64,000 nt of DNA, from positions 34,030 through 98,029 of the forward strand of contig NIVC01003430.1 of assembly GCA_002269645.1 (NCBI GenBank), given 5' to 3'. Shown here one piece after another: positions 25,135 through 36,289 of this stretch. How positions within the stretch are numbered: position 1 is the stretch's first letter; every line of letters begins with the position of its first letter. A model generated the notes under the pieces. That model ran no database searches. It worked only from the letters and a program-made list of their open reading frames with translations, and had not been told where the DNA came from. The DNA comes from Macrostomum lignano (taxonomy: Eukaryota). The position numbers and the translations under genes were made by a program.

Positions 25135-26028
25135 TTTATCCCAAGTATCTACCTACAGTGTCTATCTGCAGTATCTAGCTGCAGTTTCTATCTGCAGTAT
25201 CTACCTGCAGTGTCTATCTGCAGTATCTAGCTGCAGTTTCTATCTGCAGTATCTACCTGCAGTGTCTCTGCAGTATCTACCTACACAGTGTCTATCTGCA
25301 GTATCTACCTACAGTGTCTATCTGCAGTATCTACCTACACAGTGTCTATCTGCAGTATCTACCTACACAGTGTCTATCTGCAGTATCTACCTACACAGTG
25401 TCTATCTGCAGTATCTACCTACACAGTGTCTATCTGCAGTATCTACCTACACAGTGTCTATCTGCAGTATCTACCTACACAGTGTCTATCTGCAGTATCT
25501 ACCTACACAGTGTCTATCTGCAGTATCTACCTACACAGTGTCTATCTGCAGTATCTACCTACACAGTGTCTATTTGCAGTATCTACCTACACAGTGTCTA
25601 TCTGCAGTATCTACCTACACAGTGTCTATCTGCAGTATCTATACCTAACAGTGTCTATCTGCAGTATCTACCTACACAGTGTCTATCTGCAGTATCTACC
25701 TAACAGTGTTTATCTGCAGTATCTACCTACACAGTGTCTATCTGCAGTATCTACCTACACAGTGTCTATCTGCAGTATCTACCTACACAGTGTTTATCTG
25801 CAGTATCTACCTACACAGTGTCTATCTGCAGTATCTACCTACACAGTGTCTATCTGCAGTATCTACCTAACAGTGTTTATCTGCAGTATCTATCCACAGT
25901 ATCTATCTGCAGTATCTACCTACACAGTGTCTATCTGCAGTATCTACCTACACAGTGTCTATCTGCAGTATCTACCTAACAGTGTTTATCTGCAGTATCT
26001 ATCCACAGTATCTATCTGCAGTATCTAC
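25135..26028 (+). repeat. 28-bp minisatellite (gtgtctatctgcagtatctacctacaca), about 30 copies
   Basis: Direct reading; lies between the two SINE copies. Confidence 0.95.
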
Positions 26029-26036
26029 GAGTATTA

Positions 26037-26345
26037 TAGGGGGTTGCAGCCTAGTGGTTAGAGCCTTCGGACTCACGACTTCAAGGTGAAAGGTTCGATT
26101 CCCGTTCCCACTGGAACACTTTTTGTCCCTGAGCAAGACACTTAAATCTGCATTGCTTCAGTTCACCCAGCTGTAAAATGGGTGCCCGCATTAGCTTGGA
26201 TAATTGAGGGTGTGTGGTGACCCCCCCCCCCAGTCCTCGAACTAAACAACCGTACGCAACCTTCAGATGCGCCGCGCAATAGCTGCGGCTGAGCTGTCGG
26301 TTGCACATCTGCCCACTAGGGTAGGTGTAGTCAATTATTAATTAT
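26037..26345 (+). mobile_element. Full-length tRNA-derived CORE-type SINE
   Basis: tRNA head with A-box TTGCAGCCTAGTGG and B-box GGTTCGATTCC, followed by the CORE-like TGTCCCTGAGCAAGACACTTAA...CACCCAGCTGTAAAATGGG and an AT-rich tail. Confidence 0.78.
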
Positions 26346-26880
26346 TTCGACTATTAAAATATTAAAAGCAGCTCTTCCGGACAGCACGTATTGATAATTT
26401 GCACTGAGCTCAGGTCTAGTAATTTGCCTGTTTATTATCGCCTGATTTCGCATTGGATAAAATAGAAAACGGCTGATTAATTATCTACTGTAATACGAGC
26501 TGAGTGCTGTGAAGCAGAGCATGCAGTTTATTAACTCGAGAATCGTACTCAATACACACACGGTACAAACCAGGTGTGCAGGGAGCAAAAAGGCAGTTAA
26601 GCCAATGTACATACACTTGCTGCGGCCTGCACTTGTCTAAGTGAAACTGATTGCTATTAAACATGATTTTTGAAGGCCGGTTAATATTACTTGAAAGGGA
26701 CTTTTGAGCGGAATAATTTTCTACCAGCAACTCATTATTTAACTTTTACAATTTTCATAAACCGGCCTTCTAAACTTTTATTAGCTACTGGTTTCTGTGC
26801 GTCCGATTTCAAAATTCTCGCTGCAGGCCAATTAAAAAGCGTTAGGCAGCAAGTCGGAGGGTAACTAGAACTCAATGGGG

Positions 26881-28422
26881 TCACTTGGCCCTCGGTACGG
26901 CGACCTTCTTTGTCTCCTGCACCTGCGGCTGCCCAGTAGGTCGCAGCTCCTCTAGGCGGCTCTGCAAATCGTCTATGCGAACATCCTTGAGGTGCAGCAG
27001 GTGCTCCAGGCGCCGGATCTTGGCCTGCAGGATCTCAACGGTCTCATCCTTGGCGAGGCACTCCTGCACCTTCTCCTCGTAGGCGAGTCTGGTGACGTAG
27101 TCGGACTGGCCGATGTTCTGCAGGCTCTCCGACTTGCGCGGCGGCGGCTGCTGCGTTGGCCGGCCATAGCCGGCGGCTTTCGGCGATCGGCTGGGCGACA
27201 TCTTGCTGACGCCGGCGCCGCCGTGCCGCAGGCTGGCCTGATCCGCCTCCGGTGCGTCTGAAGCGTGGGCCGCCTGCCGTAGTGAATGTGATTTTGTTTG
27301 CTTCCGTGGAGAAACTGCTCAGGGTTTGAGACTGCTCAGGGTTTGAGACTGCTCAGGGTTAGAGACTGCTCAGAGTTTGAGACTGCATGCTTAGGGTTTG
27401 AGAATACTCAGGGTTTGAGACTGCTCAGGGTTTGAGACTGCTCAGGGTTAGAGACTGCTCAGAGTTTGAGACTGCATCCTTAGGGTTTGAGAATACTCAG
27501 GGTTTGAGACTGCTCAGGGTTTGAGACTGCTCAGGGTTTGAGACTGCATAGGGCTTGAGACTGCTCAGGGTTTGAGACTGCTCAGGGTTTGAGACTGCTC
27601 AGGGTTTGAGACTGCATAGGGCTTGAGACTGCTCAGGGTTTGAGACTGCTCAGGGTTTGAGACTGCTCAGGGTTTGAGACTGCTCAGGGTTTGAGACTGC
27701 TCAGGGTTTGAGACTGCTCAGGGTTTGAGACTGCTCAGGGTTAGAGACTGCTCAGAGTTTGAGACTGCATCCTTAGGGTTTGAGAATACTCAGGGTTTGA
27801 GACTGCTCAGGGTTTGAGACTGCATAGGGCTTGAGACTGCTCAGGGTTTGAGACTGCTCAGGGTTTGAGACTGCTCAGGGTTTGAGACTGCTCAGGGTTT
27901 GAGACTGCTCAGGGTTTGAGACTGCTCAGAGTTTGAGACTGCATCCTTAGGGTTTGAGAATACTCAGGGTTTGAGACTGCTCAGGGTTTCAAACTGCTCA
28001 GGGTTTGAGACTGCTCAGGGTCGAGTCTTAGATGTCGCTACAAACTCTGACAAGCTCAGCCGACTCACTTTCTCTTCATAAAGTGACCGGTCCATCTTGG
28101 TCCGCAGCAGCAGCAGAACCCGCTCGATGGTGCCCGCTTTCGCGTTGATGATGGAGTCGATCACATCGTTTGAAAGCTCGAAGTTGAGCTTCTTGAATGT
28201 CTTCCAATTAAGAAGCATCCAGTTCTTCTTCTTCTGCTCGGTGTTGTTGCACGGGTTGAAGTTGTGCAGGTCCACCAGCCGGGGGAAATAGTGCTTCACC
28301 ACCTCTGCCATCAGAACGCCGTCGCTGAAGTCGCGGGCGATGTTCTTCTTGGGCCGGGACAGCGGGATCTGGTCGATCCAGGCGTACAGGTCCTGCAGGA
28401 CCTCGTCGTCAATCTCCGCCAT
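26881..28422 (-). CDS. SPEF1: Sperm flagellar protein 1 (CLAMP), complement(join(26881..27273,28069..28422)), 248 aa
   Basis: N-terminal CH domain LYAWIDQIPLSRPKKNIARDFSDGVLMAEVVKHYFP and C-terminal coiled coil DETVEILQAKIRRLEHLLHLKDVRIDDL. Phase-0 intron with gtgagt donor and acggcag acceptor. Confidence 0.93.
27313..28020 (+). repeat. 17-bp minisatellite in the SPEF1 intron (ctcagggtttgagactg), about 40 copies
   Basis: Direct reading. Confidence 0.95.
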
Positions 28423-30913
28423 GCCGGAGCTGTCGGCTGCGGGACGGCAGAAAAATTTCGTCATTTTTTGGGAAACTCATTTTTCTAGGAATTTAATTCT
28501 CTAAAGTGCATTAAGCTCTTAATCGAATCGAATGTTCACAATTAAACCCAAGCGTTAGGCTAAAAAATCAAAGCATTAACTAGAAAGTCCGGAATGCAGT
28601 TCCATTCACTCACATTCATTATGTAGCTGCCTATTGCTTGGCTATGCAGGAGCTATATTTCGCACATTGAGGCCAAAAAAATTATTACCCCTGGACCGAG
28701 CAGGACACGTGAACTATTTATTTCCTATTGAAATCCTATATAATTATTACAGTTTTACAGGCTTTGAAAATAATATAATTTTTTATATAAAAATACAACT
28801 CAGATCGCACTGTCCCAGTCTGCTGGTCTATAGGATTCAAATACGGCGGGAAACATATGTTGTGTAGACATTTTTTGTGAAATGGCCTAGAAGCGAATCA
28901 ATATTGGTATAGGCAGAGACAAATATAAAAAGTCTTTTAATTCACTGTTTCGAGAATAGTTTTAGACTTCAGTGAGCGTGCATACATGAAAAAACATGAC
29001 AAATATTTGCCTAAAAATCTACCATATTAAAATAAGTTACTGTACTAAAGAAAGAGACAGTCATCAATTTTTATTTTTTAAAATGCAAACAAGCAATACG
29101 TTTTACTTGCATCAAATCATTCCATTTGAGTCCATTGCACTTTAATTTTGCAGTTACTAGAACACATTCAATTATGATAAGAAGTTTTAAGTTTTAGGTT
29201 TTAGGCACAAAAACAACATCAGACATAGACTTATGAGCATAAAAAGTAAAAGAATCAATGACAAAGAAATATTTCTAGAAAAATGGATCACGGTGACAGA
29301 GTTACCGAGACCAATTCCATATAGTAGCAGCAGTATTAACTAAAATTTCTCTCGGCCAGTAACAAAATTAATTTCAAGCATGTAACTCAAGCAGTGACTA
29401 TAGACACAATAAGGTTACAATAGGAAATGGTTAATTTGTATAAAAACCTATGAAAAGCAAATAAATATATATAAGTTACCATAGTGAGCTCTAAAATATG
29501 CTAAAATGCGTCTTTAAAAGTTACTATTTTGTTTTTCTAAGTACACATATCTAAAATGGCGAAAATTTAGTTTGTGACTTTTAAGGAAATAAGTTCACAG
29601 ACGACGCAGAACTTGCGAATTTATAAACCACGGTCCACGACGTCATGGAGGCTTTTCATATTACCAATTTCAGAATCAGAATCAGTTCGGATCTTTCAAG
29701 AAAAACAGCAGTATAACTATTTAATTCTGTTGAATGTTTGACTGCCTTAACAACCTCACTTACTGGTAGCACAATTTTTTTACTTTCTTCTTGGCGATTG
29801 TCATTCAATAATAAAAACTTTATAGCACGTATCTCCCTCTAGTTATGGAGACACAAAGTTATACTTCACAAATTGGTTCTGGTTCTGGAACCAGAACAAG
29901 CAATATGAAAAGGCCCATGGACGTATTTACTATTTACTATTTAATATTTTAGACTAAGATTTTGTAAACGCGTGTTCATAAATTCAGGTACCGTTTTTAT
30001 TTTTATAGCTTACTCTGTTCACTAAACGCTATCCTCTATATTCTTTTCTCTAGCAAATCATGGAGATGAAGTAAAACGAAAGGTTAATTAAACATAGACT
30101 TTTATAACAATCTAAGCTTAATATAAATTTATTCTGCTATTAACGCCAAGACAAGTGTTTTGCTAAATAAAAATATATTTTTAATGTTAATCAACTTATC
30201 ATGTCATTTTCTGAATTAAATTTTTACTTGCATTATTAATTTGCATAAAAGCAAATATTGCAAAATTGTGCCAATGCCAATGTAATTCGCAAATACTAAA
30301 TGTTTCATTTTCTCAAATTTATATACTTAACACTCATGATCAATCTCAAGCTTTTGGCTTCTATAGTGCTAACTTTTCTAGCATTTCCAACAATGGAAAC
30401 TACTTATTAGGCTTCGTTTAATTTGGTAGAACAGGAATTAGGTGTGCCAGATTTTTTAAATTATTTTAAAACTTGGTTTTCTATATAAAACTTGGTTATA
30501 TATTTAATATATATATACCTATTAAAAGTCAATTGCAATTCCAGTCTAGTATAATTTGACTAACAAGTAATACACACAGTTTAAAAAGTGAATTTTAAAT
30601 ACCAAATAGTGACAAAGTCATTTCTACTATCTCTTATATGCTATAATAGTTACAGTATGATCTAAAGTACTTTTGTTTGAGAAGTTATCATCTTATACTT
30701 GTTTAAAAACATTGTATAGATATCTTTGATAATATAGCTGGCATATAAATTCAATCTTTGACATAAACCCATTTTTACTGATAAACAAGATTTAATTCAT
30801 ATTTTCAAGAAAAAGTAGCTTATATCTCTTATTTTAATTTTACTAGGACAATTGAGAATAAAACCTAGCCCAATCCTAACTCTCTACACATAACCCAACT
30901 CTCTCTGGTATGC

Positions 30914-31165
30914 ATGTTGCCCCTATCAGAATCCGTGGCCTCCCTGCAGGCCAACACCACAGCAGCTCTGGTTGCGGCCGCCCTGGTGGTTCTGTGCGCC
31001 ATCTGCTCTGCCGGCTTCATGTGCTTCTGCCGGAAGCGCCTGCCGAGGAAGGGCAGCTACGAAACCAAGGAGGCCGAAGGCGCCGCAGTCACCGACAACG
31101 CCGATGAGGCCATCAGGCGGGGCCAGACCGGGCAGCCTGCGCTCAAGGAGGAGTTCTACATGTGA
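30914..31165 (+). CDS. Small membrane protein with 4.1m (FERM-binding) motif and PDZ-binding C-terminus (glycophorin C / CADM / neurexin-IV-type tail)
   Basis: NTT sequon, TM ALVAAALVVLCAICSAGFMCFC, then RKGSYETKEAEG...ADEAI and a C-terminal KEEFYM (cf. RHKGxYxTxEAKG...ADxA...KEYFI). Possible splice acceptors at 30929 and 30949; 5' end uncertain. Confidence 0.75.
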   Translation: MLPLSESVASLQANTTAALVAAALVVLCAICSAGFMCFCRKRLPRKGSYETKEAEGAAVTDNADEAIRRGQTGQPALKEEFYM

Positions 31166-31189
31166 TTCGCTGTGACTCATTTCGTCTAT

Positions 31190-31510
31190 CTAGATTGGAT
31201 CTAGTTCTCATTTAGATTGGATCTAGTTCTCATTTAGATTGGATCTATTTCTCATTTAGATTGGATCTAGTTCTCATTTAGATTGGATCTAGTTCTCATT
31301 TAGATTGGATCTAGTTCTCATTTAGATTGGATCTAGTTCTCATTTAGATTGGATCTAGTTCTCATTTAGATTGGATCTAGTTCTCATTTAGATTGGATCT
31401 AGTTCTCATTTAGATTGGATCTAGTTCTCATCTAGGTTAGATCTAGTTCTCATCTAGGTTAGATCTAGTTCTCATCTAGGTTAGATCTAGTTCTCATCTA
31501 GATTAGATCT
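31190..31510 (+). repeat. 22-bp minisatellite (atctagttctcatttagattgg)
   Basis: Direct reading; starts ~30 bp after the stop codon. Confidence 0.95.
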
Positions 31511-32089
31511 GGTTTGATCCAGAAGGTCTTCTATTCTAAATCTGGATTAAATCTAGTTCAGAATGAGATTAGAACAATTCTAGATCTATATCCGATCTAT
31601 ATTGTGTCCGCATGTGATGTACTTCTAAATGGAATCTACTTGTTATCTTGTTGTAGTATTTGTAATTTTGACCTGCTAAATTTCGCCCCCCCTGCCCTGT
31701 GCAAAATATTCCTTCGCTTAACATTCCATCCCTATTTAGCCATTTATACATTTTAGCATTATACAATAGGCGCAAGTGTACCGCACGTGACCCCAAATGC
31801 TCCCTCACCGCCGCGTGTCTCTTGGCCAGCTTTAATCAGCGAGTTTTCCAAGACACGCACAATTACCTTTGTTTAACCTTTTGTCGATGGCTTTTCCATG
31901 GCTCGACTGCCGAGAGCTGTGAAATTTCTGTGGCAGACTCTGTCTCCGAAGCCGTCAAATTAAAATTTCTACTTCAAGGCCAATGAAACGCTTTACATGA
32001 TTATTTGAATTATCCGTCTGCTTATTCAAAATCTCAAAGCTGCTTAATTTTTGTTCATTTCTACTCTCAGTAGTATTTCAAGATAGATT

Positions 32090-34075
32090 CTGTGAGAATA
32101 GTCAGCATTCTGTGAGAGAAACATCAGCATTCTGTGTGAGAATCATCAGCATTCTGTGTGAGAATCATCAGCATTGTGTGAGAATCATCAGCATTGTGTG
32201 AGAATCATCAGCATTCTGTGAGAGAAACATCAGCATTCTGTGTGAGAATCATCAGCATTCTGTGTGAGAATCATCAGCATTGTGTGAGAATCATCTGCAT
32301 TGTGTGAGAATCATCAGCATTCTGTGTGAGAATTATCAGCATTCTGTGTAAGAATCATCAGCATGCTGTGAGAATCATCTGCATTGTGTGAGAATCATCA
32401 GCATTGTGTGAGAATCATCAGCCTTGTGTGAGAATCATCAGCCTTGTGTGAGAATCATCAGCCTTGTGTGAGAATCATCAGCATTCTGTGTGAGAATCAT
32501 CAGCATTCTGTGTGAGAATCATCAGCCTTGTGTGAGAATCATCAGCATTCTGTGTGAGAATCATCAGCATTCTGTGTGAGAATCATCAGCATGCTGTGAG
32601 AATCATCTGCATTGTGTGAGAATCATCAGCATTGTGTGAGAATCATCAGCCTTGTGTGAGAATCATCAGCCTTGTGTGAGAATCATCAGCCTTGTGTGAG
32701 AATCATCAGCATTCTGTGTGAGAATCATCAGCATTCTGTGTGAGAATCATCAGCCTTGTGTGAGAATCATCAGCATTCTGTGTGAGAATCATCAGCATTC
32801 TGTGTGAGAATCATCAGCATTGTGTGAGAATCATCAGCATTCTGTGAGAATCATCAGCATTCTGTGTGAGAATCATCAGCATTGTGTGAGAATCATCAGC
32901 ATTCTGTGTGAGAATCATCAGCATTCTGTGTGAGAATCATCAGCATTCTGTGTGAGAATCATCAGCATTGTGTGAGAATCATCAGCATTCTGTGTGAGAA
33001 TCATCAGCATTCTGTGTGAGAATCATCAGCATTCTGTGTGAGAATCATCAGCATTGTGTGAGAATCATCAGCATTGTGTGAGAATCATCAGCATTCTGTG
33101 AGAATCATCAGCATTCTGTGTGAGAATCATCAGCATTCTGTGTGAGAATCATCAGCATTGTGTGAGAATCATCAGCATTCTGTGAGAATCATCAGCATTC
33201 TGTGTGAGAATCATCAGCATTGTGTGAGAATCATCAGCATTCTGTGTGAGAATCATCAGCATTCTGTGTGAGAATCATCAGCATTCTGTGTGAGAATCAT
33301 CAGCATTCTGTGTGAGAATCATCAGCATTCTGTGTGAGAATCATCAGCATTCTGTGTGAGAATCATCAGCATTGTGTGAGAATCATCAGCATTGTGTGTG
33401 AGAATCATCAGAATTCTGTGTGAGAATCATCAGCATTGTGTGAGAATCATCAGCATTCTGTGTGAGAATCATCAGCATTCTGTGTGAGAATCATCAGCAT
33501 TCTGTGTGAGAATCATCAGCATTGTGTGAGAATCATCAGCATTCTGTGTGAGAATCATCAGCATTCTGTGTGAGAATCATCAGCATTCTGTGTGAGAATC
33601 ATAAGCATTGTGTGAGAATCATCAGCATTCTGTGTGAGAATCATCAGCATTCTGTGTGAGAATCATCAGCATTCTGTGTGAGAATCATCAGCATTCTGTC
33701 AGAATCATCAGCATTCTGTGTGAATCATCAGCATTCTGTCAGAATCATCAGCATTCTGTGAGAATCATCAGCATTCTGTCAGAATCATCAGCATTCTGTC
33801 AGAATCATCAGCATTCTGTCAGAATCATCAGCATTCTGTGTGAATCATCAGCATTCTGTCAGAATCATCAGCATTCTGTCAGAATCATCAGCATTCTGTG
33901 TGAATCATCAGCATTCTGTCAGAATCATCAGCATTCTGTCAGAATCATCAGCATTCTGTCAGAATCATCAGCATTCTGTGTGAATCATCAGCATTCTGTC
34001 AGAATCATCAGCATTCTGTGAGAATCATCAGCATTGTGTGGGAATTATCAGCATTCTGTGTGAGAATCATCAGCA
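32090..34075 (+). repeat. 20/22-bp satellite (gagaatcatcagcatt[ct]gtgt)
   Basis: Direct reading; mixed length variants. Confidence 0.95.
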
Positions 34076-34676
34076 TTTTTGCAGCGCAAATTCACAAGAA
34101 AAACTTTGCCTCCATTTCGGGTCGTGTGGCGTGGGTTTGGAGACTTCACGGAATCCTTCCAGATGCTATACTAAGGATGTGCCTCGGTTATTCCGAGGCG
34201 CTTGACTTGGCTTCACCCCAAGTCAAAGCTTGAGCTGTCCCCATCGCCCTATTGTGAGTTGAGAGCAGATGAAAGGATCGTAGTTGGGTGCCTTGACTCA
34301 AAAGCGAAAGAAAATTGACTCAATTTTTTTTTCTTTCAAGTCAACTTTTGCTAACCAAACTTCTGCCGCCTCTTCTACAGAGCAGCGGCCTCATCAGAGC
34401 CATTGTCTAACAAACTCTGGGTTGGAGCAGAGGCGCAGAGTTTTTCAGTGTAGGCAGGGTTGAAGGGCTGAGCGACACGCTTGGTAGATTCTCCAAGGTT
34501 CTGCAGTAGCTTAGCCTGCCCTAAGGAACTCAACAATGTCTGCACTGTATGGGAGCTGTCAGTCGCAGTGACTGCGGAGCAGCCATGCGCTATCCTGCTG
34601 GATTCTCAGAGAATTCTGCTCCAGCTCTGTCGTCTGAAACAGCACCCATCAAGGACAACTGAAACAGGGCGGGAGA

Positions 34677-34906
34677 CTGTGTTTCTTAGAAACATCTTTC
34701 GCGTTAATCCAGCCTTGTGTTTCTTAGAAACATCTTTCGCGTTAATCCAGCCTTGTGTTTCTTAGAAACATCTTTCGCGTTAATCCAGCCTTGTGTTTCT
34801 TAGAAACATCTTTCGCGTTAATCCAGCCTTGTGTTTCTTAGAAACATCTTTCGCGTTAATCCAGCCTTGTGTTTCTTAGAAACATCTTTCGCGTTAATCC
34901 AGCCTT
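34677..34906 (+). repeat. 38-bp tandem repeat with internal palindrome TGTTTCT-T-AGAAACA, 6 copies
   Basis: Unit ttgtgtttcttagaaacatctttcgcgttaatccagcc. Confidence 0.9.
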
Positions 34907-35394
34907 CAAGGATTTTCTAAGAAACGAAGTTTTCCGTGCTTCAGAGACGTTAAATAACTGTCACGGAAATCAATAGTTGGCCACCGTCCACTCACCAATT
35001 CGTGCCATCACGAAAGCGAGCGCCCTCTTCAGAAAGTTTCTCCCAAAAGCCCGTAGAAAACTGTTGAGCAATTGCTAACTTCAGGCCACCAATAATTTCA
35101 GGAAGTTATTGCTTTAGTAGCACTCTCGTTTGGCAGAGAGCTTAAAAATGCTAGTAGCAGAGGTCACCCGGACAGGTACTCGTAAAAAGCCAAGAACCAA
35201 GGTTTCGGAATTAACCGTACAGCTCGCGGTGCAGATCGTTGCTGTAGGACCCGTTGAAGTTTTTCCAAGCAGTCTGTCTGGATTTCACTGTGACGCAGCG
35301 AGAAAACTGATGTTGATGACTAATTTAAATGTGAAAGACTGCTTTTCAGTGGGATGATATCCAGTTTTAACGCTTAGGATGTGTCAACTTACAT

Positions 35395-35520
35395 ATACGA
35401 GCTTAGCTTAAAGCCAAGGAGTAGGCTGATCACCCTCACAAATTAAAAAAACCCATGACTCATTGATAAATTGCTTGCCAAGATTAAATATTAGTGCGAT
35501 CATTGAGACGTCAGATTCTT
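35395..35520 (+). repeat. Dispersed ~120-bp repeat (ttaaagccaaggagtaggctg...actcattg..attgcttgccaagattaaatatt), copy 1
   Basis: Related copies at 58365-58460 and 63830-63960. Confidence 0.8.
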
Positions 35521-36149
35521 CTAAATATTTTAATATTTATTTCTTTTTAAACATGAAAACAGGTGATTAGATTTTAGGCTTGGGAAAACTTTTAAATTTT
35601 TCAATTTAAACCTTTGAGTTCTGAAAAGTATTTGATAACCACAGAAACAAACGGAGGTTTACAGTTTGGGAACAGCTCAATGAATCCTATATACTAAAAA
35701 TGAAATGTGTGTCTCTGTGAGATAGATTTCAGAAAAAACGGCTTAACCGATTTTCTTCAAACTTGCACCATTCGATCAGAAATTTTCCTGGGACGGTACA
35801 TGCATCTTGGCTAAGAAATTGCTCAATTTTAAAGGGATTAAATATTCGAAAAACATGCTTTTTTGCAAAGGTCAAGCAGCTCTTTCGACCTGAAATGCAT
35901 TGTAAGAATGCTAGAGAAAAAACTGACTGACTGAATTCTGATTCTGACAAAGATTGCATCACAACAAGTTGAAAACAGTGCCGAAGAAATGCACACACGA
36001 CTTGAATGAAATTGCGTAACCATATTGGCAACTTAAATTGAGACTGATTCTGGCTGACTGAGAAATTGATTATGTCATAACTTTTTACTCCAATTGACTT
36101 GCTGTAAGAATTGAATTATAAGGGCCACAATTTATGTTCTCCAATTGAA

Positions 36150-36217
36150 AAAGATAGCCCAGATGCGAACAGACTGGAATGCTAATGTAGCGACTTGGGT
36201 TCGAATCTTAGTAGGGC
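36150..36217 (+). ncRNA. Degenerate tRNA-like/SINE head inside Helitron 1
   Basis: ATAGCCCAGATG...TGCTAATGTAGCGACTTGGGTTCGAATC with a B-box; paralogous to 40731-40795 and 42591-42657. Confidence 0.5.
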
Positions 36218-36289
36218 AAAAAAGATTTTTTTTTATTAAAACACCTTAAAAACACAAAACTTCTAAACATAAAAGAAGCGCAATGTCAA

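Noticed and set aside
28423-28464. Upstream ATG (MTKFFCRP...) as the SPEF1 start
   Set aside because: It lies in a pyrimidine tract before an AG acceptor; SPEF1 homology starts at MAEID (28422).
34677-34906. 38-bp palindromic repeats as a CRISPR array
   Set aside because: The whole 38-bp unit is repeated identically; no variable spacers.
35408-35430. TTAA-AG start as a Kolobok/piggyBac terminus
   Set aside because: Homology among copies extends upstream of the TTAA and no matching opposite terminus was seen.
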